This document shows positions 29,648-38,873 of a DNA stretch of 64,000 bases, in pieces (within the stretch, counting starts at the first letter, position 1; each line of letters opens with the position of its first letter). The position numbers and the translations under genes are program-made. This stretch comes from an uncultured Campylobacter sp. (GTDB lineage Bacteria; Campylobacterota; Campylobacteria; Campylobacterales; Campylobacteraceae). The notes beneath the pieces were generated by a model. The model saw only the letters and a list, made by a program, of their open reading frames with translations, did no database searches and was not told the origin of the DNA. Location of the stretch: assembly GCF_938041645.1 (NCBI RefSeq), contig NZ_CALIST010000067.1:4832-68831 (forward strand), in the 5' to 3' direction.

Positions 29648-31123
29648 CTAAAACTCCCGCCCGTTCATCTGCTTTACGTGATGCGCCAGATGCACTAGGC
29701 CGTAGCCGCCTTTTGAAGCGGTAACCTCTCTAGTGCCATAAACCGCCGAAACATTTAGAATTACCGAAGCTAACCACCCTATGGCAAATACTAAGGCGAA
29801 AAGCTGCGAGTCAAGCGCTATCAAGACTAGAGTTACTATCTCCGTAGCTGCAATAACATAAAACGCTCTTAGATAGTTTTTCTCTCCGCTACAATCATAA
29901 AGCTCTTTACTAACTAGCAGCTGATAGATCAGATATACCGCTGTGCATACGCAATAAATGCTTATCATAAAAACTGATGGTTTAAACAATTCAAATCCTA
30001 CAAATATAGTGCTTGCTGCGCTTATAGCCGAGGAAACCCCGACTAGCACGGCGTTTGATAGCAGATCGGTGCTGCGTATAGCGCGCGCTAAAAAATATAG
30101 CCCCACAGCTAGGCATATCATCGATATAAGTCCGACACCCTCCAACGCGCCCACTTTATCTACATTCTTGATATATCTGCCTACCGCATTTAACGCCTCA
30201 AGCCCAAACGCTATGTAAAGGGTAGTTTTGGCAGTAGATAGATTTTCGCTCTGCTCTTTAGCGTCATCCGCATAAACATACAGGATTGCTCCCGCGCCTA
30301 CGGATACATTTAGCTTTCGCACCATATCAGGCAACCTAAAAAAGTCGCTAACAAGCCAGATTAAAAACAAAACATTGGGCACCGAGAAAATAACCATAAA
30401 ATGAAAAAAGCCCTGTTCTATATCCTTTAGGTCTGATGCTTGCACGCCCAAATCCGGACGAGATGAGTTTACAAGCGCCAACAGCTCGTTACCTTCTATA
30501 CTCGTCCATATGACAGCAACCACTACTAAAAAAAGCCAGATGAGAAATGGCAGCCCGCCTAAAAGCTGAAAAATCGCGGAGATTATACTCCCAAGATAAA
30601 ATCTATGCGCGCCGAAAGGCCCGAGGAACATATAAAATACGTAGGCTTTATTTAGATCGTAAACCTTAGCTGAGCTTTGCGTAGAGTTAATTCTATCGGA
30701 ATTTAAGGAAGCTAAATTTTGCCAAGTGGAATTCTGCTCTGTAAAATTCTGCGAGTTTGCGGCATTCTCGGTAGAATTCAAGCCTTTGGCGTTAGAATCT
30801 TGCTCGCCAGAGCCTGTCGCAGCAGAATCTCGCAAAATAGAATTTTCTTCATCTAGGCCTTGAGCTGCAAAAGATAAATTTTGCTCCGCAGAATTTTGTG
30901 GTGTGAAATTCTGTTTTGTAAAAGTAGAATTTTGCTCTATAGAATTCTGAGCCGTGGAATTTTGCTCGCTAGTATCATCCGCCGCAAGAGCTTCTTGCGT
31001 TAAATCTAAATTCTCAGGTTGCGCCTGTGGTTTCTCATCCAGGGACTTTTTTTCTTCGCCGCTTTTACGTCTTATGCTGGCTAGCGACGCAGGATTGCTG
31101 CTGCCCCAAATATCTTCGCCCAT
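29648..31123 (-). CDS. TM2/NINE-domain membrane protein with N-terminal QNS repeats
   Basis: AYV..MFLGPFGAHRFYLG, low-complexity N-terminus, multi-TM C-terminus. Confidence 0.75.
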   Translation of the reverse strand: MGEDIWGSSNPASLASIRRKSGEEKKSLDEKPQAQPENLDLTQEALAADDTSEQNSTAQNSIEQNSTFTKQNFTPQNSAEQNLSFAAQGLDEENSILRDSAATGSGEQDSNAKGLNSTENAANSQNFTEQNSTWQNLASLNSDRINSTQSSAKVYDLNKAYVFYMFLGPFGAHRFYLGSIISAIFQLLGGLPFLIWLFLVVVAVIWTSIEGNELLALVNSSRPDLGVQASDLKDIEQGFFHFMVIFSVPNVLFLIWLVSDFFRLPDMVRKLNVSVGAGAILYVYADDAKEQSENLSTAKTTLYIAFGLEALNAVGRYIKNVDKVGALEGVGLISMICLAVGLYFLARAIRSTDLLSNAVLVGVSSAISAASTIFVGFELFKPSVFMISIYCVCTAVYLIYQLLVSKELYDCSGEKNYLRAFYVIAATEIVTLVLIALDSQLFALVFAIGWLASVILNVSAVYGTREVTASKGGYGLVHLAHHVKQMNGREF

Positions 31124-31212
31124 CTGCTCTCCTTGATTTTTAAAGCAATTTTACCTGAAATTTAAGGAATTTTTGTATATTCGCCGCTACAAATTCAAAA
31201 CAAAGGACAAAA

Positions 31213-31737
31213 ATGCCAACAGTAACATTTCAAGGAAAGCCCGTAGAGCTAAGCGGGCAAGAGATAAATCTAGGCGATCGCGCGCCACAAGTGCGTTTAG
31301 TAGCTCAAGATCTAAGCGAAATCGAGATCGCTAGCGGCAAGCACGTGCAAATCATCGTCGCCGTGCCGTCGCTAGATACGCCCGTCTGCGCGACGGAGGC
31401 ACGTAAGTTCAACGAGCGCGCCGCATCGCTTCCTAACACTGAAGTAATCGTCGTTTCGATGGATTTACCGTTTGCGATGGGGAGGTTTTGCACGACTGAG
31501 GGGATCAAAAATCTACGCGTTGCAAGCGATTTCCGCGATAAGGAATTTTGCCGCCGCTACGGCACTCTCATCGCCAGCGGCGCATTAGCAGGTCTCAGTG
31601 CCAGAGCAATCTTCGTCATAGATACCGCAGGCGTTGTGGTTTATAAAGAGCTCGTAAGCGACATAGCCTCTGAGCCCGACTACGACGCAGCCCTAGATTT
31701 TGCAGAGCTCGTCGCTCGCAACAGCTGCTCTAACTGA
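31213..31737 (+). CDS. tpx: thiol peroxidase
   Basis: VPSLDTPVCA, SMDLPFAMGRFC. Confidence 0.95.
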   Translation: MPTVTFQGKPVELSGQEINLGDRAPQVRLVAQDLSEIEIASGKHVQIIVAVPSLDTPVCATEARKFNERAASLPNTEVIVVSMDLPFAMGRFCTTEGIKNLRVASDFRDKEFCRRYGTLIASGALAGLSARAIFVIDTAGVVVYKELVSDIASEPDYDAALDFAELVARNSCSN

Positions 31738-32012
31738 GCAAGATAATAGATCCAAGGTTTGGATAATTTTTGCCTCGCTTTAGTTCACTACTTTAAGCAA
31801 ATTTGCCCTACTGCAAGTAAAAAACGAAGTAGGGCACTTAAAATTCTACTTCAATTTTACATTTTGATTTTACGCTTTAATTTGCGCTCCAACGTACGCA
31901 AAGCTGTTAGCGCACAGCAATAATAAGCGAACGAGCATGAAATATAGGATCGCCTGCTGCTAAGTTTTAAATTTAGCCATAGCGAGAGTTAAAAATTTTA
32001 AAATTTGCTCGC

Positions 32013-32729
32013 TTAGCCACGGCGCGCGATAAATTCGCTAAAAGAGATCTCCCACGCGTGAAATTTAACTCCGAGCGAGGCAAGTTTGTCTTGTAGCGCT
32101 AGCGCTGACTCCTCTATGCCGCTAAAAAGGCAAAGCGGCAAATTTCGCGTCCTATCTTTCGTATCTGCAAAACTCTCGTCCTCAAAAAATTTCTTTAAAA
32201 ACACGAGCGTTTTTACCTTGTCCGCGCCCAGATCCTCGATGAAAACGCTGAAATATTTATATTCGGGCTCCTCGCGCGCTTCATCTTTCATTGCGTAGTC
32301 GTCTGCTAGTTCGCGGTAAAATTCGTTGTTTAAATCCGCAAACGGCGCGATCGCTTCAAGCGAGCAAGGCGCCTCAAGTGCGGCAAGTGCGGTTAAAATT
32401 TCTTCAAATTTAACGATGTCGTCCGCGACTTTAATCGGCTCCCAAGAGCCGGCGCCGTGATAGGCAAAATACACGGGCGAGGCGTCCCCGAGGGCAAAAT
32501 CGACGAAAAACGGATCGTCCATGCCGTTACGCGCGATGACCCGCCAGCTCTTGCGCCACTGGCCCGGTGCGTCGTCTGCTAGCTCCTCGCCAGTTTTGCG
32601 GCTAGCGAGCCTATATCCCTCCTGAAAGCTCTCAAACTCGCCCTCATCAGGATAGAAAAAAGGTAGCAAAACAGACTCTGAAACGATGCGTTTGCGGATA
32701 AAATTTCGGATCAAACTTGAGATTTGCAC
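32013..32729 (-). CDS. SMI1/KNR4 (SUKH)-like protein with a C-terminal L7/L12-like domain
   Basis: FQEGY, WRVIA...DDPFFVD, PVYFAYHGAGSW; C-terminus patterned like the bL12 CTD. Confidence 0.6.
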   Translation of the reverse strand: MQISSLIRNFIRKRIVSESVLLPFFYPDEGEFESFQEGYRLASRKTGEELADDAPGQWRKSWRVIARNGMDDPFFVDFALGDASPVYFAYHGAGSWEPIKVADDIVKFEEILTALAALEAPCSLEAIAPFADLNNEFYRELADDYAMKDEAREEPEYKYFSVFIEDLGADKVKTLVFLKKFFEDESFADTKDRTRNLPLCLFSGIEESALALQDKLASLGVKFHAWEISFSEFIARRG

Positions 32730-32826
32730 GGCGCGGCCTTTGGGTTAAATTTGAGCGAATTCTAGCAGAGTTTTTAGTTCGCGCAAAATTTACGCCCAAA
32801 TTCAACAAATTGCAAATTTGAGCGCG

Positions 32827-32995
32827 AAAAGACAAGCGGAAGTATCGCGAGATGATTTTGAGAGTTGTGCAGAAATTTTAAGTTAAGGCTAGACAAGTAG
32901 TCTGCCGCAGTCCAAAATTTTCAAACTCATTTAAAGACGCTCGCGAGACGATGCGCCGCCAAAAAGACAAGCGGAAGTATTTTGAGATGATTTTT
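32827..32995. repeat. two direct repeats of ~33 bp, 135 bp apart
   Basis: AAAAGACAAGCGGAAGTATnnnGAGATGATTTT at 32827 and 32962. Confidence 0.8.
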
Positions 32996-33090
32996 GTGGT
33001 TGCGACGTAAAATTTCGGCGTAGATAGAACGTATAGTTCATCGAGCCGAAATTTTACTAGCTCCGCAAAAAGCACTCACGAGACAACGCG

Positions 33091-35538
33091 CTACAAAGAT
33101 TGTAAGATTTTAGGTTTACTAAACGCCTGTATCGGCTTAATCTCTCCCTTAAATTTCTCAATCTGCGCTAGCACGGTGTGAGCCGAGTTGCTTTGCGCGA
33201 GACTTGACGTGCCTTTATCAAAGGTTAGCACGTTTACGCAGCCGTGCTGGCAGAGGCTCTTCTCGCCCCAAACCTCGGGATCGTACCACGCGCCCTCGCA
33301 GATCGCTGCGACGCGCTCGGGCACGATGTCGGTAACGAGCACGCCCGCTAAAATTTCGCCGCGATTGTTAAAAACGCGCACGATGTCGCCGTTCGCAAGC
33401 CCGCGAGCTTCGGCGTCTTTTGGGTTTATCAGCACCGGCTCTCTGCCGCTAACCTCGGCAAAATTTCTGATGATCGAGTTGTTTAGCTGGCTGTGCAGGC
33501 GGTAGCGAGAGTGCGGACTTACGATGTGGATCGGATACTTCGCCGTCTTTTTCGCATCGCCTAGCCACTCCTTAGGCTCGATCCAAGTAGGCATCGGCGG
33601 GCAGTCGGCATAGCCCATCTTAGCGATCGTTGGTGAGTAAAGCTCGATCTTGCCGGACGGGGTGCCTAAGCGGTTTTTGGCGGGATTTTCGCGGAATGCC
33701 GCAAGGCGCGTATATAGCGCGCTGCTCTCGTCGTCCTTTTCAAAGCGCACGAAGCCCTTGTCGTAAAATTCCTCAAAGCTAGGCATCGTTATATTCAGAC
33801 CTTTGGCTTGCTCTACGGCATCGGCGTAGAATTCCTTCATCCATCCTAGCTCGTCCTTGCCCTCGCTAAAGACCTCGCCGTATCCCCAACGCTTGCAGAT
33901 CTGCTCGCAGATCCAAAAGTCGCTCTTACTCTCGCCCATCGGCTCGATTGCAGGCCTGTAAGCGACTATATATTCGCCCGTAGCGCCCGTTTGGTTGATG
34001 TCGTTGCGTTCGACCTCGATCGCGACGGGAAGCACGATGTCGCTAAGCTTCGCCGTGCTCGTCCAGTAAGGCTCGGCGGTGATGACGGTGTCAAATTTAC
34101 GCCACTGCCTCACAATATTATTCACGTCTTGATGGCGCGTGAACATCGATCCGCACGCCATATACGCGACTCTCATATGCGGCAGCTTGATTTTAGTGCC
34201 GTCGTAATCGATCTGCTTGCCCGGATGCTCCAGCGCCTCGATACTGCGAGAGGACGGGATGGTGATATTTTTCGCGCTTTTCCAAGGCGCAGAGCCCGTG
34301 TTTTCGTATTTCTCATCTATGCGCGTGCTAAGTCCCTTTAAAATAGGAGCCACCTTATTCGTAGCGCCCGCAGAGCCGTAGCCTAGGCTAAATTCAAAGC
34401 CGAGCCCCTCCTTGCCGATATGTCCTAGCATCGCATTAAGCGCCACGAGCGCCCAGAAAGGCTGCTCGCCGTGATCGGCGCGTTGCAAACCGCGACCGAT
34501 TAAAATCGTGCTCGGCTCCTTTGCAAGCGCCGTAGCAAATTTCGCAATAGTCTCCTCGCTAAGCCCGCAAATTTTGCTCGCCCAAGCTGCGTCCTTCACG
34601 ATTTTATCGCTCTCGCCTAGAAAATACGCTTTAAATTTATTAAATCCGACGGTGTATTTTTTGATAAATTCCTCGTCGTAGAGGTTGTTCGTAAACAGAT
34701 AATGGCACATGCCGATGATGAGCGCGGTGTCGGTATTTGGGCGCACGATGATATCTTCGCTGCCGAAGTAGCGCGCGGTGTCGTTTCTCATCACGTTTAC
34801 GCTGTAGGTTTTGATGCCAGATTTTTTAAGCTCTTGCATGCCGATGTAGCCGTCGTGCGTAGGCGGAATGGATGAAATTTGATTGGTTACCGCAGGATCA
34901 GTCGCCCAAAATACGACGTTTTTAGCGTTTTTGACGATCGCTTTCCACGTAGTAGGCGCGTCGTAAACGGCGCTTGAGCCCAGCACGTGAGGCATGATGA
35001 CGAGCCCCGCGCCGGTGGAGTAATCGCCGCTTTCCTCTACGTAGCCGCCTAAAATTTTAAGCATTCGATGCGCTACGGTGCGTCCCCAGCCGATCTTACC
35101 GCTGCCGCCCCACCAGTAGCACTCGCCGTAGATCGCCTCGGCGCCGTATTTGTCGAAATTTTCTTTCAAAGCCTTCGCCGCTAGATCAAGGGCCGTGTCC
35201 CAGCTAACCCGCACGAACTCCTCTTTGCCGCGCAGTTCGCTCTTTGCCGCGCCTTTAGCCTTTAGATAGCTTTTGCGCACCATCGGATAGAGCACGCGGT
35301 TTTCGTTCTGCACGGAATCGGGCAAGCTGTAATTCATCGTGTTTGGAAATTTATCGCCCTCAAATTCGCTTACCGAAACGATCTGCGACGAGTTTAAATT
35401 TAGCCAAAAGGGGCCAAATCTATTTGCGCCGAATACCTTTTTGTTATCAAAAATCGTCTGCGTGACCCCCTCGATCCTGCTAGCGCTTGCCGCGCTTGCG
35501 CCTAAAATCCCTGCCTTTAAAAAGTCTCGCCTTTTCAT
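33091..35538 (-). CDS. second Tat-exported TMAO/DMSO reductase family molybdoenzyme
   Basis: KRRDFLK, PMVRKSYL, GDYSTGAG, TPSGKIE, RLHSQ, EGAWYDP. Confidence 0.92.
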   Translation of the reverse strand: MKRRDFLKAGILGASAASASRIEGVTQTIFDNKKVFGANRFGPFWLNLNSSQIVSVSEFEGDKFPNTMNYSLPDSVQNENRVLYPMVRKSYLKAKGAAKSELRGKEEFVRVSWDTALDLAAKALKENFDKYGAEAIYGECYWWGGSGKIGWGRTVAHRMLKILGGYVEESGDYSTGAGLVIMPHVLGSSAVYDAPTTWKAIVKNAKNVVFWATDPAVTNQISSIPPTHDGYIGMQELKKSGIKTYSVNVMRNDTARYFGSEDIIVRPNTDTALIIGMCHYLFTNNLYDEEFIKKYTVGFNKFKAYFLGESDKIVKDAAWASKICGLSEETIAKFATALAKEPSTILIGRGLQRADHGEQPFWALVALNAMLGHIGKEGLGFEFSLGYGSAGATNKVAPILKGLSTRIDEKYENTGSAPWKSAKNITIPSSRSIEALEHPGKQIDYDGTKIKLPHMRVAYMACGSMFTRHQDVNNIVRQWRKFDTVITAEPYWTSTAKLSDIVLPVAIEVERNDINQTGATGEYIVAYRPAIEPMGESKSDFWICEQICKRWGYGEVFSEGKDELGWMKEFYADAVEQAKGLNITMPSFEEFYDKGFVRFEKDDESSALYTRLAAFRENPAKNRLGTPSGKIELYSPTIAKMGYADCPPMPTWIEPKEWLGDAKKTAKYPIHIVSPHSRYRLHSQLNNSIIRNFAEVSGREPVLINPKDAEARGLANGDIVRVFNNRGEILAGVLVTDIVPERVAAICEGAWYDPEVWGEKSLCQHGCVNVLTFDKGTSSLAQSNSAHTVLAQIEKFKGEIKPIQAFSKPKILQSL

Positions 35539-35551
35539 CTGATCTCCTTTA

Positions 35552-36118
35552 TCATTCAGGTTTTTTTGCGTTGTGTTGTAGATATTTTATGATCAAATTT
35601 AGCTCGTCGCCCTCGAGCGCTACGTAGTTTGCATTGATCATCTCTTGTAAATTTGCAGGCCACTGATTTGCCGTGAAGCTCTTTGGCTCATGCAAGCGGT
35701 GACACGCCGAGCAGATCTGCTCGTAGTTCGTCTTTGCCTCCGCATAAAGCGCCTTAGCGTCCTTAGCTACGGCATCCGAACTGATCTCGTAAATCCCCTC
35801 CGCCTCATACCAGATCTCGCCGTAATCGTCCTCGAGCTTTTTGCCCTTTTTAAAATTTGCTTCGGCTTCGTTCGTAAAAATCGCGTAAATTTCAGCTTCT
35901 TTCATATTTTTTTGGATCTGAAGCTGATAGTTTTCGCTCACGACGCCTTTAATTTTAATCTTGGTAACGCCGCCATCGCTGGATATCACCTCGATCGGCG
36001 TTAAAATTTCAGCCTCGCCGATTGCTTTGCCGTCTTGCGAGATCGTAGCGGTTTTAGAGATTACCTCTCCGCTGAAAAGCGAACACGCACAGATAAATGA
36101 GATAAAAATTTTCCTCAT
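35552..36118 (-). CDS. periplasmic monohaem cytochrome c
   Basis: signal peptide, CSACH, WPANLQEM, YLQHNA. Confidence 0.85.
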   Translation of the reverse strand: MRKIFISFICACSLFSGEVISKTATISQDGKAIGEAEILTPIEVISSDGGVTKIKIKGVVSENYQLQIQKNMKEAEIYAIFTNEAEANFKKGKKLEDDYGEIWYEAEGIYEISSDAVAKDAKALYAEAKTNYEQICSACHRLHEPKSFTANQWPANLQEMINANYVALEGDELNLIIKYLQHNAKKPE

Positions 36119-36171
36119 AAAGTATCCTTTCTAGGTTGTCTTTAACGCGAATTATAAATCAAAGATAAATT

Positions 36172-36199
36172 TAAATTTGTCGCGATTGCGACGAATTTA
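36172..36199. promoter_or_regulatory. putative Crp/Fnr-family operator
   Basis: TGTCGC-GATT-GCGACG palindrome with extended arms; centre about -41.5 relative to - strand TATAAT at 36151-36156. Confidence 0.65.
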
Positions 36200-36230
36200 T
36201 CCTTTTTATGTAAAATTTACGTGAAATTTT

Positions 36231-36827
36231 ATGCAAAGAGCTGCTATGATAGATAGACTAAATAACGATTACAGCGAGAAATTCGACTTTTTAAGTAGGG
36301 AGCGGATTGCTAAATTTAGGCGCGAAAGCTACGCTCGCGGCGACGTGATCTACGCTCAGAAGTTTAAATTTATCATTCTGCTACGTGGCAGGGCGAAGCT
36401 AAATTGCTACGAAAACGGTAAGGAATTTATCTTTAGCTTCGTAAGAAGCGGCGCCTACGTCTGCTTGGATAAAAACACGAGCCTTGAAATTTTAAGCGAC
36501 TGCGAGACGCTACAGATCAATATCTCGGAGCTTTTCGAGCTGCTTGGAGATGAGTTTGCAAGCTCGATCATAAACGCGCTTATCAAAAATATCTACTCGC
36601 AACGGATTTTAATTAAAGAGATCGTCTTTGCGAAAATCCAGACGCGGATTTTAAATTTCTTAAATCGCATCGCAAACGCAGATAAGATCGTGGAGCTTCC
36701 CTTTAATATAATGACGCTGGCAAGCCTACTTGGAGCGCCTCGCCAAAACGTCTCTCAGGCGATTACGAAGCTCGTAAACGACAAAAAGATCGTGAAATTA
36801 AAGGGCAATAGGATTAAAATTTTATAG
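36231..36827 (+). CDS. Crp/Fnr family transcriptional regulator
   Basis: cNMP-like barrel (LLRGRAKL..YENGKEFI), C-helix RILNFL, HTH LASLLGAPRQNVSQAITKL. Confidence 0.85.
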   Translation: MQRAAMIDRLNNDYSEKFDFLSRERIAKFRRESYARGDVIYAQKFKFIILLRGRAKLNCYENGKEFIFSFVRSGAYVCLDKNTSLEILSDCETLQINISELFELLGDEFASSIINALIKNIYSQRILIKEIVFAKIQTRILNFLNRIANADKIVELPFNIMTLASLLGAPRQNVSQAITKLVNDKKIVKLKGNRIKIL

Positions 36828-36972
36828 TCTGAATCTGCGCAGGGGATCTAAATTTAGACGAAAAGGATTATTTTAAGCGAAACCGCCTCATAAGACAAAG
36901 GGCTAAAACCAAAATGGGATTAGCCCTAAATTTAGCTTATTTGCAAAGCTTATGTGTGCTACAAAGCTACGT

Positions 36973-37380
36973 TTAAAAAATCGAGCCTCTGCTTGCGGGT
37001 CGCAACGGATCGTCTCCAAAGCGGTTGCCTCCGTTAGTGCCTTGCTGGATAAAAAATACGATCAATACTATCGAGCCTATTATCGGGACAAAAATTAACA
37101 GATAAAACCAGCCGCTTCTATCGGTATCGTGCAGACGCCTTACCGCTACGGCAATAGAAGGTAAAAGTATTGCCAATAAAAAGATTGAGTTAATGAAACC
37201 GATCATTCTACCGGAACTCGTAACGGCATAGGTGCCTAAAAAGCCATCCAATACTAACGTTATAATTCCTAAAAGTGCCGCAAATAATGCAAACCACCAG
37301 TACTCTGAACGTGGTGCACGCCCCTCAAAGTTGCAATAATTCTCTTTGAGACAAGTGCGAACAGACTCTATAAAAGTCAT
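36973..37380 (-). CDS. DUF805 membrane protein
   Basis: FEGRAPRSEYWWF, VRRLHDTDRSGW, NRFGDDP. Confidence 0.9.
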   Translation of the reverse strand: MTFIESVRTCLKENYCNFEGRAPRSEYWWFALFAALLGIITLVLDGFLGTYAVTSSGRMIGFINSIFLLAILLPSIAVAVRRLHDTDRSGWFYLLIFVPIIGSIVLIVFFIQQGTNGGNRFGDDPLRPASRGSIF

Positions 37381-37678
37381 CTCAAACTCCTTTTTAAAAA
37401 TAAGATAAATTATATAACAATGGCACTTAAATTTATCCTTTATATTGATTAAATTTTAAAATTTACCTTCGCAGCCGCGCTGTCTGGCAAATACATTAAA
37501 ATTTATCTCGAATGAACTTAATAGCGAGCCGTTTGATAAGCGGAGGAGGGCAGGTTAGGCGGAACAAATTTTACTTTTTCGCTCGCTCTAAATAACAAAG
37601 TAGGGCGGCTGCGACTAGCACAATTATAATAGCGATTTTATCTGCTTTGCCATGCCATAGCCGTATAAATTTTAAAAT

Positions 37679-38704
37679 TTAGCCCTTTTGACGGCTTAAA
37701 ATTTTAGAAATTTTTGCGGCGTCGTAAGTTTTTGCCTGCGCTTTTAGAAACTCGCAAAGCCCCTTCTGCTTGCAAAGGCCGTGAGCGAGCAAAAACTCCG
37801 CCGTGTCTGTATCATCCAGTACTGCGGCTAGCTTAATCAAGCCCGTTAACTCATTTTGCGGTAGCTCGCGCAAGCTTTGAAATTTTAAAATTTCCTCTAC
37901 ATAGCGTAGCCTTCCGTCGCGGAATTTTTTAAATCTCGCGCTATTTATGAACTCACGAGCGCGTGGATCAGGCGGATTTTTATATGCCGAAACGATAAAA
38001 CCTGCATCTCGTAAAAATAGCAGCTCTCCGCCTGCAACCGAGCTTACCACTCCGCTAATATCTGTAGCGCCCAGCTCAAGAAGCAATGAAAACGTCTCAA
38101 AATCTCCGCACGATGTGGCTAGATGTAACGATCCGCGTGCATGTATATTTGCGCCGTGCTCTACCAAAAATCGCACTAATCGCAGCACATCCGCATTTTT
38201 TAAAATTGTGCGACGTCCTAACTTTTCGCTTGGAGTTATCAAATTCTTTTCGTCTGCACCCAAATCAGCGCTGCTTGGCGCATCAATACCCGCACCAAAA
38301 TCAAGCGGACAGCCGTAAGAAATCGCAGTTTGCAACGGCGAGCCAATATATCCTTCATTGTAGTTCAAATCAGGCTTAAACGCAAGTATTCGAGTAATTC
38401 GTGTAAAATCAAGCTTTCCACTTCGCATTAGTTTCATATTTGCAATAAATGGCGTAAAAATCCGCTCGCCAAACTCCCCGAAATCCTCGTCGATCCTGCC
38501 CCTGTTTTGCGCCGCGAAGGCTAAAAGTGCGTCCAAGCCCGCATCTATCTGCGCATCGCTAGCATTTTCATCGTAAAAAATTTCAAAATTTGGTTGTGAT
38601 AAATTTGACTCTGCTTGCTGTGAAGCAGAAACTCTCGGGTCATCCTTAGCAGCGCTCAAAGCGCAGCCCGCAAGTAAAAGCCACAAAAAGATAAAATTTT
38701 TCAT
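37679..38704 (-). CDS. exported ankyrin-like repeat protein
   Basis: ATG 38704 with GAGG RBS, signal/lipobox LAGC, SPLQTA, FLVEHGANIH, SLHLA...LLLELGA. Confidence 0.6.
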   Translation of the reverse strand: MKNFIFLWLLLAGCALSAAKDDPRVSASQQAESNLSQPNFEIFYDENASDAQIDAGLDALLAFAAQNRGRIDEDFGEFGERIFTPFIANMKLMRSGKLDFTRITRILAFKPDLNYNEGYIGSPLQTAISYGCPLDFGAGIDAPSSADLGADEKNLITPSEKLGRRTILKNADVLRLVRFLVEHGANIHARGSLHLATSCGDFETFSLLLELGATDISGVVSSVAGGELLFLRDAGFIVSAYKNPPDPRAREFINSARFKKFRDGRLRYVEEILKFQSLRELPQNELTGLIKLAAVLDDTDTAEFLLAHGLCKQKGLCEFLKAQAKTYDAAKISKILSRQKG

Positions 38705-38873
38705 ATCGCCCTCGCTTAAATTTTGCGCGATTATATCAAATCTAAGGCTAAATTTAATGGCGCCTTGAAATTTCATAAAAAGCAAATGACAAATAAATTT
38801 AGCCTAAAAAAGCGCCTTTTGATCTTAATTTCGCTAGAATTAGCCGTAAATAACCTAAACAAAGGAGCGGCAA

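Noticed and set aside
31735..31746. selenocysteine readthrough of the tpx TGA
   Set aside because: Only two codons follow before TAA and no SECIS-like hairpin is evident.
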